From Actinomycetes bacterium (GTDB taxonomy: Bacteria; Actinomycetota; Acidimicrobiia; Acidimicrobiales; Aldehydirespiratoraceae): 64,000 bases of DNA. Position numbers and translations under genes: made by a program. Under the pieces are notes generated by a model. It saw only the letters and a list, made by a program, of their open reading frames with translations, made no database searches and was not told the origin of the DNA. Location: the NCBI GenBank assembly GCA_024276495.1, contig JAJRXC010000005.1, forward strand, positions 64,191 to 128,190, written 5' to 3'. Below are positions 1 through 9,708 of this stretch, piece by piece. How positions within the stretch are numbered: the first letter of the stretch is position 1; each line of letters opens with the position of its first letter.

Positions 1-1
1 C

Positions 2-448
2 ACCGTCGGTGACCATCTGTGGGTCGCCCGCTACCTCCTCTACCGGCTCGCCGAGGACTTCGAGGTGGAGGTCAGCATCGAGGCCAAGCCCATGAAGGGT
101 GACTGGAACGGGGCGGGAATGCACACGAACTTCTCGACGAAGGCCATGCGCGAGAGCTACGACCCGATCATCGCGGCCTGTGAGGCGATGGGCACCGAAG
201 ACGCGGTGGCGCGGCACCTCGCCGGCTACGGCACCGGGATCGAGGACCGTCTCACCGGTGCGCACGAGACGCAACGTTTCGACCAGTTCAGCTACGGCGT
301 CTCCGACCGGGGTGCGTCGATCCGCATTCCGTGGCAGGTCGCGAGGGACGGCAAGGGCTACATCGAGGATCGTCGCCCCAACGCCAACGCCGATCCGTAT
401 GTCGTGTCGGAGCTGCTCACGTCGACGATCTGCGCGGCGCTCGCCTGA
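2..448 (+). CDS. glnII: Glutamine synthetase type II (GSII), C-terminal part; the 5' end lies outside the window
   Basis: The frame is open from position 2. The translation ...DHLWVARYLLYRLAEDFEVEVSIEAKPMKGDWNGAGMHTNFST...SIRIPW... matches the conserved eukaryote-like GSII C-terminal catalytic region. Confidence 0.85.
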   Translation, partial: TVGDHLWVARYLLYRLAEDFEVEVSIEAKPMKGDWNGAGMHTNFSTKAMRESYDPIIAACEAMGTEDAVARHLAGYGTGIEDRLTGAHETQRFDQFSYGVSDRGASIRIPWQVARDGKGYIEDRRPNANADPYVVSELLTSTICAALA

Positions 449-486
449 CGCACACCGGTCCACGCCGAGCCGGGGGGCGGGAGGGC

Positions 487-1521
487 TCAGTACGGGCCGG
501 GGCCGGGGTCGTCGCCGACCTGGACCAGCGCCTTGCCGATGTTGGTACCGGTGAACAGTGAGTTGAGCTGACCGACACAGGTCTCGAGGCCGTGGCTGAC
601 ATCGGTGCGATACACGAGCCTTCCCTCGTTCTTCCACTGCCCCATGCGATCCCACGCCTCCGGGTAGCGGTCGACATAGGCGAGCCCCTGGAAGCCGAGC
701 ATCTTCGCCTGCTTGTTGATCAGGTTCAGATAGTTCGACGGCCCGGGCGGCCGACCCGACTCGTTGTACATCGAGATCGCTCCGACGATCACGACCCGGG
801 CCCCGATGGCGAGTCGGCGCAGGGCCAGGTCGAGGATCGGTCCGCCGACAGTGTCGAAATAGATGTCGAATCCGCCCGGTCGCAGCTCCTTGAGGCGGAC
901 CGCGAGATCGTCGGTGCGACGGTTGAGGCAGGTGTCGGCGCCCAACTCCTCGACCCAGCGGCACTTCTCGTCGGACCCCGCGATGCCGACCACGTCGGCG
1001 CCGAGGTTCACCGCGGTCTGGACGGCCACGGAGCCGACCGATCCCGCCGCCGCGCTGATCAACACCGCATCGCCTTCTCGGACCTCGCCCAGATCGGTGA
1101 GGCCGAAATAGGCCGTCGCGGCGGGAGACGAGATCACCGCGAGCTGGAAGAGGGCGTCGAGATCGGCGGGGAACGTCATCACGAGCGGGCTGTCGCCGTC
1201 GGCGATCGCGTACCTCTGCCAGCCGGGAAGCCCACCCGACGACCACTGGCCCACGGAGATGTCGGGATGACGGCTCTCGACCACGCGACCCATCCCGCCG
1301 CTGCGGACCGTCTCACCGATGCGGACCGCGGGAAGGTATCCCGCACCCTCGTCGAGCCACGACCGCACGGCGGCATCCATCTGGAGCCACACCATCTCGA
1401 GGAGGATCTCGCCCTCGGCCAGATCCGCCACGGGCGCCTCGACGATCTCGACGTCGGCGTCGGTGAGCAGTCCGTCGGGCCGTCGGGTCAACACGACCTG
1501 ACGGTTCACCCGCTCACTCAT
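487..1521 (-). CDS. NADP-dependent oxidoreductase, medium-chain dehydrogenase/reductase family (YncB/PTGR-like)
   Basis: MSERVNRQVVLTRRPDGLLTDADVEIVEAP... with nucleotide-binding motif AAAGSVGSVAVQ. The track ORF runs to 2058, but its upstream part is Arg/Pro/Ser junk antisense to nadE. I chose the ATG at 1519-1521. Confidence 0.75.
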   Translation of the reverse strand: MSERVNRQVVLTRRPDGLLTDADVEIVEAPVADLAEGEILLEMVWLQMDAAVRSWLDEGAGYLPAVRIGETVRSGGMGRVVESRHPDISVGQWSSGGLPGWQRYAIADGDSPLVMTFPADLDALFQLAVISSPAATAYFGLTDLGEVREGDAVLISAAAGSVGSVAVQTAVNLGADVVGIAGSDEKCRWVEELGADTCLNRRTDDLAVRLKELRPGGFDIYFDTVGGPILDLALRRLAIGARVVIVGAISMYNESGRPPGPSNYLNLINKQAKMLGFQGLAYVDRYPEAWDRMGQWKNEGRLVYRTDVSHGLETCVGQLNSLFTGTNIGKALVQVGDDPGPGPY

Positions 1522-1678
1522 CGGTCTCACGCGCACCCATGCCCGGCAGCTTCGCGCAGGTCCGGGGCCACCCGCATGCCCGTCAGCGCGCGAGCAACCC
1601 CAGCTCCGTCGCCTTCCCACCCGGTCGCCGCGTCCTCGAGGTGACGGCCAAGGGTTGACCGACCCGTACGATGGGGGG

Positions 1679-3454
1679 ATGAACGGCCCCGTGACCCACC
1701 TGCGGGTGGCCATCTGCCAGATCAACCCCACCGTCGGTGACCTCGACGGCAACGCGGCGCTCGCCCTCACCGCGCTGTCGGACGCCGAGGATGCCGGGGC
1801 CGACGTGGCGATCATGCCGGAGATGATGATCACCGGGTACCCGCCCGAAGACCTCGTCCTCAAACCCGGGTTCGTCGCCGATTGCCGGGCCGCGCTCGAG
1901 AAGTTCGCCGCCCAGACCCGACGCTGCGCGGTCGTGATCGGCTTCGCCGACGGTGATTCCGAACCGGGCCGTGAGCTCCCCGACGTCGCCGGCGGCGAGT
2001 TCGCCAACGGCGTGTGGAACGCGCTCGCGGTCTGCGCCCAGGGCCGTGTCTTCGGCACCTACCACAAACGGCATCTCCCGAACTACGACGTCTTCGACGA
2101 GCTGCGGCATTTCCGGCCCGGCAACGAGGCGTTGGTCCTCTACGAGGTAGCGGGGGTTCCCGTCGGCATGACCCTGTGCGAGGACTCGTGGATCTCCCAC
2201 GGGCCCGTCTCGCAACTCGCCGCCGGTGGTGCCCGGCTCGTCATCAACGTCAACGGCTCGCCGTTTCGTGAGGGAAAGCAGGCGGTACGGGAGAAGGTCA
2301 TCGCGGATCGGGTCCGGGAAACCGGGATACCGGTCGTCTACACGAACCTCGTGGGTGGCCAGGACGAGCTGGTGTTCGACGGGGCGTCGTTCGTCACCGC
2401 GCCGCGCGGTGACGGCGCCGAGGTCGTGGCCCGATGCGGGGCGTTTCGGGAGACCGTCGAGATCTTCGACGTCGAGTTGCCGCCGGCGCGGCCCACGATC
2501 GACCGATACCGCACGATCACGGTCTCATCGGCGCCCGCGAGCCGTCCGTCCCGGATCCCGGCCCCGATGGTGCCCGAGCTCGACCCGTTGGCCGAACGGT
2601 GGGAAGCGCTCGTGCTCGGCACCCGCGACTATGTCCACAAGTCGGGTTTCTCACAGATCTGTCTCGGGATGTCCGGCGGTGTCGACTCGTCTCTCGTCGC
2701 CGCCATCGCGACCGACGCGCTCGGGCCGGCCAACGTCCACGGGGTGCTCATGCCGTCGCGCTACTCGAGCGACCACTCGATCGCCGACGCCGACGCGCTC
2801 GCCGCCAACCTCGGGATCGACACCATGACGGTGCCGATCGAACCGGCTCACGTCGCGTTCACCGAGATGCTCGTTCCCCATGTCGCCGACGGCCGGATCG
2901 ACGTCGGCGACCTCACCGACCAGAACGTGCAGTCCCGGATCCGCGGTGTCCTGCTCATGGCGCTGGCCAACGAACACGGCTGGCTCGTCTTGACCACCGG
3001 CAACAAGTCCGAGGCGGCCGTCGGCTACTCCACTCTCTACGGCGACACCGCGGGTGCGTACGCCGTGATCAAGGACGTCTGGAAGCTGGTCGTGTACGAC
3101 CTGTGCCGGTGGCGCAACGAGGTCGCCCGGGCCGAGGGCGTCACGCCGCCGATTCCGGAATCGGTGCTCGTCAAGGCGCCGTCGGCCGAGCTGAGACCCG
3201 GGCAGCGCGACGACGAGTCGTTGCCGCCCTACGACGTGCTCGACCCGATTCTCGTCGCGTACGTCGAGGACGACCACAACGTGGCGGAGATCCTCGCGAT
3301 GGACATCGCCGACCGAAACGACGTGGAGCGGGTCTGTCGTCTCGTCGACATCGCCGAGTACAAGCGACGCCAGACGCCGCTCGGTGCCCGCATCACCGCC
3401 AAGGCGTTCGGACGCGACCGACGGATACCCGTTGTGAATCGCTACCGCGGCTAG
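1679..3454 (+). CDS. nadE: Glutamine-dependent NAD+ synthetase (nitrilase-like domain plus NAD synthetase domain)
   Basis: N-terminal CN-hydrolase region (LRVAICQINPTVGDL..., LCEDSW) and C-terminal ATP-PPase motif (GMSGGVDSS). The ATG at 1679 follows a G-rich SD; a TTG at 1655 is an alternative start. Confidence 0.9.
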   Translation: MNGPVTHLRVAICQINPTVGDLDGNAALALTALSDAEDAGADVAIMPEMMITGYPPEDLVLKPGFVADCRAALEKFAAQTRRCAVVIGFADGDSEPGRELPDVAGGEFANGVWNALAVCAQGRVFGTYHKRHLPNYDVFDELRHFRPGNEALVLYEVAGVPVGMTLCEDSWISHGPVSQLAAGGARLVINVNGSPFREGKQAVREKVIADRVRETGIPVVYTNLVGGQDELVFDGASFVTAPRGDGAEVVARCGAFRETVEIFDVELPPARPTIDRYRTITVSSAPASRPSRIPAPMVPELDPLAERWEALVLGTRDYVHKSGFSQICLGMSGGVDSSLVAAIATDALGPANVHGVLMPSRYSSDHSIADADALAANLGIDTMTVPIEPAHVAFTEMLVPHVADGRIDVGDLTDQNVQSRIRGVLLMALANEHGWLVLTTGNKSEAAVGYSTLYGDTAGAYAVIKDVWKLVVYDLCRWRNEVARAEGVTPPIPESVLVKAPSAELRPGQRDDESLPPYDVLDPILVAYVEDDHNVAEILAMDIADRNDVERVCRLVDIAEYKRRQTPLGARITAKAFGRDRRIPVVNRYRG

Positions 3455-3508
3455 CGTTCTGGCGGTCCGTCGCGGGTTGCTGACGGTGGGTATCGGCTAG
3501 GAGGATGG

Positions 3509-4072
3509 GTGGAACAGGGCTTGACGGCCGTGCAGGGCGCACGGGTCGTGGGTGAGTTGCACTGGGCGACGGGCCGCCTCTTCGAGGTGTTCGGTCAGTG
3601 GGCCGGAGAAGCCGACCGACCCGACATCGCCGTCTCGATGGCCACCGCGTCGCGTCACCTCGGGTGGCATGCCGGCGACCTCGCCGAGTTGTTGCCCGAC
3701 TCGGTCCTGCTCGAGGGAGTGGCCCGGACCGAACCCCACGAGCCGGAGGTTGCCGGCGCGGTCGACGCGATCCGGGCCATACCCGGTTCGGTCGAACGAC
3801 TGGCGGTCGCCCATCGAGTGTTGCTGGCCCGGGTGGCCGCGCGCTGCGTCGCCGTCGAGCGGGCCGTCGCGACCCACAGTGATGCCGCGCTCGCCCGGGT
3901 CCTCGGGTTCCTCCTCGCCGACATCCGCCGCGATCGCGACGACGGTGAGGCTCTTCTCGGACGCCTGCTCGTCGACATTCCGACGGTCGAGGCGGTCAAC
4001 GCCCGTGTGCTCGAAGCGGAGTCACGTCTCGTGGCCGCGGGTGGGTTGCTTCCGTCGAGAATCGTCGGTTGA
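3509..4072 (+). CDS. Hypothetical protein (helical, Ala/Arg/Leu-rich)
   Basis: 187-aa ORF with GC3-rich codon usage, filling the gap between nadE and the sigma factor gene. No motif recognised. Confidence 0.45.
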   Translation: MEQGLTAVQGARVVGELHWATGRLFEVFGQWAGEADRPDIAVSMATASRHLGWHAGDLAELLPDSVLLEGVARTEPHEPEVAGAVDAIRAIPGSVERLAVAHRVLLARVAARCVAVERAVATHSDAALARVLGFLLADIRRDRDDGEALLGRLLVDIPTVEAVNARVLEAESRLVAAGGLLPSRIVG

Positions 4073-4319
4073 GCCCGGAACTGGGCCCTTCGACTCAACC
4101 GGGCGTCGTCCGTCAACTCTTCCTCATGATCGACCCGGGACGAGCCGATCATCCTGGGGCAGAGAATCTGCGAGTACCGATCTCCCCCACCCATCGTCAT
4201 CCCGACGTCGTCTCCGCGTCCGTCGTCTCCCCATACATCGCGGGAGGTCGTCGGTGGTGGAACCACGATCGCTGGGTATCGTGCATGCACGGAGCCGGTA
4301 GCGACGAGAGGGCAACTCT

Positions 4320-5258
<939 letters not shown>

Positions 5259-5333
5259 GCCCCGGTCGACCGGGTCGCGTCCCCGAGCCGGCGGACCCCA
5301 GTCTCCGACGCGGGCCCGCGTCGTTGCACGAGA

Positions 5334-5429
5334 TGGAGGAGGCGGCCGGGAATCGAACCCGCCGGACAGGGATCACCCATCCCACCCGCTTTGAAGGCGG
5401 GGGAGCCCACCAGGCGCTCGGACACCTCC
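5334..5429 (-). tRNA. selC: tRNA-Sec (anticodon UCA), 96 nt including the encoded CCA
   Basis: Reverse complement: GGAGGTGTCCGAGCGCCTGGTGGGCTCCCCCGCCTTCAAAGCGGGTGGGATGGGTGATCCCTGTCCGGCGGGTTCGATTCCCGGCCGCCTCCTCCA. The anticodon arm is CCCGC/CTTCAAA/GCGGG, giving UCA. The variable arm has 5 bp (GGGAT/ATCCC). There are 13 nt between the T-loop and the discriminator, which gives 8/5 or 9/4 acceptor+T stacking; this is the hallmark of tRNA-Sec rather than tRNA-Ser. Confidence 0.75.
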
Positions 5430-5517
5430 GCCGAGCAACCTATCGGCGTCGCGTCGCTGTCAGGGGGCGGGGTCGGCCGCGGGGAAAGTGGCCGGTTCGC
5501 TGACTAGCGTCTCGCCC

Positions 5518-5598
5518 ATGTCGAAGAATCGTCTGCTCCTGGTGGCCGTGCTGGCCGTCCTGGTCGCGCTGTTGGCCCGCAAAGTCAAAGACGTCTGA
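5518..5598 (+). CDS. Candidate small membrane protein (26 aa), below the ORF-track length cutoff
   Basis: ATG...TGA encodes MSKNRLLLVAVLAVLVALLARKVKDV, a single hydrophobic helix flanked by basic residues. No clear SD was seen. It is convergent with the HAD gene. Confidence 0.25.
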   Translation: MSKNRLLLVAVLAVLVALLARKVKDV

Positions 5599-5610
5599 AC
5601 GGCGGATCGT

Positions 5611-6438
5611 TCAGAACGGCCACCGGCGGGTCGGTTTCGACCGTCTGGTGCGCCACCACAAGGTCGCGCCCGCGACCAGCCCCATTCCGAGCGCCCCGGC
5701 GCCGATCGCGGCGGGTCTCGGTGCAGCGATCGATCCCTCCCGCAACGGTCGGGGGTTCTCGAAGGTGCGGATCTCCCAGCCCCGGGCCTCGGCCTCCTTC
5801 AGGAGGGCGCGGTCGGGGTTCACGGCAACCGGATGCCCGACGGCCTCGAGCATCGGGAGATCGGTGATCGAATCGGAGTAGGCGAACGAGTGGTCGAGGT
5901 CGAGTCGGTGGGTCGCGGCCTCTGCTTCGATCGCCTCGACCTTGTGCACTCCGGCCGAGTAGAACTCGACCTCGCCGGTGTAGCGACCGTCGGAGTCGAT
6001 CCGGGCCCGCGTGGCGATGGCATCGTCGACACCGAGGTGACGGGCGAGCGGCAGCACGATCTCCTCGGGTGAGGCCGACACGAGGTACACACGGCGGCCT
6101 GCGTCTCGATGCGACTCCATGAGCTCGAGCGCTTCCGCGTAGACCAGTGGGTCGATGACCTCGGTGAGGGCATTGTCGACCAGCGCGGAGATGCGTTCCT
6201 TTTCCCAGCCGACCGCGATCCGCAGCGCGGTCTCTCGCATCTTCTGCATCCGTCCCTCGTCGGCACCGAGGTAGCGAAACACGATCTGGCCCCACAGGGC
6301 CCGCACGACCAGCCAACGATTGAGCAGGCCGGCCTGCTGGAGTCGGGGCCCGAACGCGAGCATCGCGGCCTTCGCGATGACGGTCTTGTCGAGGTCGAAG
6401 AAGGCGGCTTCGACCGGTTCGGAGGTGGTGCTCGCCAT
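5611..6438 (-). CDS. HAD-IB family hydrolase (SerB-like) with a C-terminal membrane anchor
   Basis: Motif I FFDLDKTV, motif II LVSASP, motif IV YSDSITDLPML. C-terminal hydrophobic segment GAGALGMGLVAGATLWW. Confidence 0.8.
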   Translation of the reverse strand: MASTTSEPVEAAFFDLDKTVIAKAAMLAFGPRLQQAGLLNRWLVVRALWGQIVFRYLGADEGRMQKMRETALRIAVGWEKERISALVDNALTEVIDPLVYAEALELMESHRDAGRRVYLVSASPEEIVLPLARHLGVDDAIATRARIDSDGRYTGEVEFYSAGVHKVEAIEAEAATHRLDLDHSFAYSDSITDLPMLEAVGHPVAVNPDRALLKEAEARGWEIRTFENPRPLREGSIAAPRPAAIGAGALGMGLVAGATLWWRTRRSKPTRRWPF

Positions 6439-6499
6439 GGCGACAGCCTACGGACCGGCGCCGGTGCGTCCCGGTCGACGAGGTCTCGTGGTGATGTTG

Positions 6500-6560
6500 G
6501 GACTGTCGGCGCTTCCCCGTAGGGTCGGTTTCGCGACTTCCCCCGTCGAACCATTCGAGT
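6500..6560 (+). ncRNA. Candidate 6C-like small RNA (two C-rich motifs) in the HAD/ssd divergent intergenic region
   Basis: CUUCCCC lies at 6512-6518 and CUUCCCCC at 6537-6544. The second sits in the loop of a hairpin GGTT(tcg)CGAC-TTCCCCC-GTCGAACC (6527-6552). The position corresponds to where the mycobacterial 6C/B11 sRNA lies (between the ssd and HAD homologues, from memory). I could not find a convincing first hairpin. Confidence 0.28.
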
Positions 6561-6573
6561 TCCGGGAGTCGCT

Positions 6574-7275
6574 GTGCTCACTGTGTGTTGGTCGCCGAAG
6601 GGCGGCTCGGGTACTTCCGTCGTCGCGGTTGCCCTGGCGCTGCAGGTCGCGGCCGCGGGCGACGACTGTCTGCTGGTCGACCTGGCCGGCGATCATCCGG
6701 CGATCCTGGGTGTGCCGCCGGCCGAGCGCCAGGGGTTGACCGACTGGTTGTCGGCGCCCGACGACGTGCCGATCGACGCGCTCCGTTCGCTCGAGGTTCC
6801 GGTCGTCGATCGCCTTCACGCGCTTCCGCGGGGTGGTTCGGCCCGGGAGGGATGTCGGGCCGAACGCCTCGAGCTCGCGGCCGCGCTGTTCGCCGGGAGC
6901 GGCACGTCTGTCGTCGTCGACGCCGGCTCCGGGGTCGACGACGGGCGATGGTGGCCCGCGTCGTCCACCACCGTCACCGTCGTTCGGTCGTGCTATCTGG
7001 CGCTGCGCCGGCTCACCACGGGCCTCCCCGGCATCGCCGGATCCCCATCCGCGGGCCCGGTCGCCGGTGATCGGATCGTGCTGATCGAGGAAGCCGGACG
7101 GGCGCTGACCCGTCGCGATGTCGTGGCGGCCATCGGCGACGTGGCGGTGGCGCTGCCGTGGGATCCGGCCGTCGCCCGGGCGGTCGACGCCGGCCTGTTG
7201 GCCCACCGGATGCCCCGTTCGCTGCGTCGGCTTCGCGCGCTGATCCCGGCGACCACCTCCGGAGCCGTGTCATGA
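6574..7275 (+). CDS. TadZ/CpaE/Ssd-like ParA-family protein with a degenerate Walker A
   Basis: CWSPKGGSGTSVVAVALA is a deviant KGGxGKT lacking the Lys. It lies directly upstream of, and overlaps (ATGA), the CpaF-type ATPase gene. Confidence 0.7.
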   Translation: MLTVCWSPKGGSGTSVVAVALALQVAAAGDDCLLVDLAGDHPAILGVPPAERQGLTDWLSAPDDVPIDALRSLEVPVVDRLHALPRGGSAREGCRAERLELAAALFAGSGTSVVVDAGSGVDDGRWWPASSTTVTVVRSCYLALRRLTTGLPGIAGSPSAGPVAGDRIVLIEEAGRALTRRDVVAAIGDVAVALPWDPAVARAVDAGLLAHRMPRSLRRLRALIPATTSGAVS

Positions 7276-8330
7276 CCGACGTCGACCTCGTGGCCGATGT
7301 GCACCGTCAGCTGGTCGACGCCGGCGGCGGGCTGGCCGACATCGCCCGGCTCGTCGCGGGCCGGGCCCCGTTGTTGACATCGACGGAGCGCGAACACGTC
7401 GGTCGTCAGGTCGCGGCGAGGTTCGCGGGTCTCGGGCCCATCGAGCACCTCTTCGAGGACGCCGACGTGAGCGAGATCATGATCAACGGTCCCGGTCCGG
7501 TGTGGGTCGAGCGCCACGGAGTGATCGAGCCTGCGGGGATCGATCTCGATCGCGCCGCCGTGGAGTTGCTCGTCGAACGAATCGTCGCGCCGATCGGTCG
7601 TCAGGTGGATCCGCTCCGGCCCTGGGTCGACGGTCGGCTCGGCGATGGCAGCCGGGTCAACATCGTGGGCCGGCCGGTCGCGCTCGACGGCCCCTACGTG
7701 ACGATTCGTCGGTTCACTCTCCAACGGCCGGGTCTCGACGCGTTCGGGTCGCCCACCGTCGTGGCGACGCTCGCCGCGTTGGTGGCGCGTGGCGCGACGA
7801 TCGTCGTCAGCGGAGGGACCGGCTCGGGCAAGACCTCCCTGCTCAACGCGATGGCGGGTCGCCTCCCGTCCCGATGCCGGGTCGTGACCGTCGAGGACGC
7901 GGCGGAGCTCGACCTTCCGCTGCCGCATGTCGTCCGCCTCGAGTGCCGTCCGCCGGGAACGGAGGGAGTCGGCCGGGTCGACGTGCGCGATCTCGTACGG
8001 ACCGCCCTGCGGATGCGACCGGACCGGTTGATCCTCGGCGAGGTGCGTGGCCCCGAGGCGTTCGACCTGATGCAGGCCCTCAACACCGGCCACCGCGGGG
8101 GCATGTCGACGGTCCATGCCAACTCACCGGTCGATGCGTTGCGGCGTCTGGCCACACTGGTGTCCGCCGCCGGCACCACCGTCCCGTCCGCTGTCATCGC
8201 CGATCAACTCGCGGCCGCCATCGACGTGGTGGTCCAGGTCGCCCGCACCGACGGGGTCGCCCGGCAGGTCGTCGACATCGCGAGAGTCGTCGGCCCGGCA
8301 GAAGTCGACTCGGTCGACATCGGATCATGA
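7272..8330 (+). CDS. tadA: CpaF/TadA-family secretion ATPase
   Basis: Walker A SGGTGSGKTSLLNA, Asp/His boxes (VTVEDAAEL, RMRPDRLILGEVRG, NTGHRGGMSTVHANS). The start ATG at 7272 overlaps the upstream stop. Confidence 0.9.
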   Translation: MTDVDLVADVHRQLVDAGGGLADIARLVAGRAPLLTSTEREHVGRQVAARFAGLGPIEHLFEDADVSEIMINGPGPVWVERHGVIEPAGIDLDRAAVELLVERIVAPIGRQVDPLRPWVDGRLGDGSRVNIVGRPVALDGPYVTIRRFTLQRPGLDAFGSPTVVATLAALVARGATIVVSGGTGSGKTSLLNAMAGRLPSRCRVVTVEDAAELDLPLPHVVRLECRPPGTEGVGRVDVRDLVRTALRMRPDRLILGEVRGPEAFDLMQALNTGHRGGMSTVHANSPVDALRRLATLVSAAGTTVPSAVIADQLAAAIDVVVQVARTDGVARQVVDIARVVGPAEVDSVDIGS

Positions 8331-8911
8331 GGTGGCCGGTGGGCGGGTCCGGTTCGGCGCACCAACGGGACCGACGAAGTCAGATCGAGCGGCTCCCTCT
8401 GGTGTTGCACGCGCTGGCCCGTGAGCTGCGGGCCGGCGACACCCTTCTCCACGCCGTGACGGTGGTCGCCGAGGATCGATCGATCGCCGGGTCCGGGCTG
8501 CGGGCGGCCGTCGACCGGATCGACGCGGGGACGAGTGTGGTCGAGGCGATCGATCGATGGGCCGCCGAGCTCGCCCACCCTGATGCCGATCTGGTCCGAG
8601 CCGTGCTCAGTACCGGTGCGTCCACCGGCGGGGCGATGGCCGCATCCCTCGACCGGGCGGCGGGGAGCCTGCGGGAGCGGATCGAGCTTCACCGGGAGAT
8701 CCGGGCGCTGTCGTCCCAGGCGCGGATGTCCGCCGTCGTGCTCACGATCTCGCCACCCGCGTTCTTGTTGGTGATGGCCCTCGCCGACCCGTCGGTGGCG
8801 GCGGTCGTCGCCACCTCCGCCATCGGGCGGGCGGCGTTCGTCGCCGGAATCGTGCTCGACACGATCGGCTGGCTGTGGATGCGGCGACTCATCGACTCGG
8901 TGGCGCGATGA
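8327..8911 (+). CDS. tadB: TadB-like type II secretion system F-domain membrane protein
   Basis: 194 aa. The T2SSF-like helical region is followed by hydrophobic helices (MSAVVLTISPPAFLLVMAL..., AFVAGIVLDTIGWLWM). ATGA overlap with tadA. Confidence 0.7.
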   Translation: MRWPVGGSGSAHQRDRRSQIERLPLVLHALARELRAGDTLLHAVTVVAEDRSIAGSGLRAAVDRIDAGTSVVEAIDRWAAELAHPDADLVRAVLSTGASTGGAMAASLDRAAGSLRERIELHREIRALSSQARMSAVVLTISPPAFLLVMALADPSVAAVVATSAIGRAAFVAGIVLDTIGWLWMRRLIDSVAR

Positions 8912-9633
8912 TCTCCGCCGGCGTCGTCGGGTTCGTCGTGATCGGTGCGCTGTTGCTGCGGCCCGGGTGGGTCCGCCCCCGACCGCTGGTGTCGGCCCCG
9001 CCCCGTCCTCTTTCGTGGCCACTCGTCGTGCCGCCGAGCCCGTTGTGGGGTGCCGCCGTCGTGCTCGGCTGGTGGGTTCATCCGGTCGTCTCGATGCTGG
9101 TGGTCGTCGCACCCACGGTTCGCCGGGTTCGTCGCCGCCGGCACGATCGAGCGTCCTTCGAGCGTGCGGTCACGAGAGCGCTTCCGGAGACGGTCGACCT
9201 GATCCTGCTCGGTGTCGGCGCGGGGCTCGGCGCGCGCGGCGCGCTGGCGCGGTGCGAGGAGTGGCTTCCCGTCCCCTTCCGTGGCGTGTTCGCCGAGGCT
9301 CGTCGTCGTTCGAGTGCCGGCGAGCCCTTCGCCGAGGCGCTCGCCGCCGCCGCCGGGCCCCTCGGGGAGCCCGCTCTTGCCCTGGTGAGTGTCCTCGTCG
9401 CGGCCGAGCACAGTGCCGGCGCGCTCGTGTCGACCCTGACCCGCGTGGGTGACGAGGCCCGGCGTCGGCGGCGGGTGGAGGCCCAGGAACGAGCCCGCCG
9501 CCTCCCCGTCACCATGCTCGTGCCGTTGGTGACGTGCGTGCTCCCGGCCTTCGGACTGCTCGCGGTCGCGCCGCTGCTGATCGCCTCGCTGCGTGATCTC
9601 GGCCTCGGAGGCATCGGCGGTCCCGGCCCGTGA
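8908..9633 (+). CDS. tadC: TadC-like type II secretion system F-domain membrane protein
   Basis: 241 aa with an N-terminal TM (MISAGVVGFVVIGALLL), a central soluble region and C-terminal TM helices (LPVTMLVPLVTCVLPAFGLLAVAPLLIA). ATGA overlap with tadB. Confidence 0.65.
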   Translation: MISAGVVGFVVIGALLLRPGWVRPRPLVSAPPRPLSWPLVVPPSPLWGAAVVLGWWVHPVVSMLVVVAPTVRRVRRRRHDRASFERAVTRALPETVDLILLGVGAGLGARGALARCEEWLPVPFRGVFAEARRRSSAGEPFAEALAAAAGPLGEPALALVSVLVAAEHSAGALVSTLTRVGDEARRRRRVEAQERARRLPVTMLVPLVTCVLPAFGLLAVAPLLIASLRDLGLGGIGGPGP

Positions 9634-9708
9634 CCTCCCCCGGTTCCGGCTTCCCCCTCCGACACGACAGTCCAGAAAAAAGGTACGCCCAGAGATGGAG
9701 GCAACGAG

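Noticed and set aside
1522-2058. An N-terminal 179-aa extension of the oxidoreductase ORF (the track ORF is 487-2058).
   Set aside because: The extension is low-complexity Ser/Pro/Arg sequence antisense to nadE. The recognisable MDR fold begins at MSERVNRQVV (ATG at 1519-1521).
4126-4152. Inverted repeat ATGATCG-N13-CGATCAT in the 248-nt leader upstream of the sigma-70 gene.
   Set aside because: The arms are 7 bp with a long spacer, there is no supporting second copy, and I recognise no known motif. It is likely chance.
5259-5610. tRNA-Sec and the two tRNA-Thr loci (23071-23146, 44032-44104) as integration sites of a genomic island or prophage.
   Set aside because: There is no integrase, no direct repeat of the tRNA 3' end, and the flanking genes are conserved core genes on both sides.
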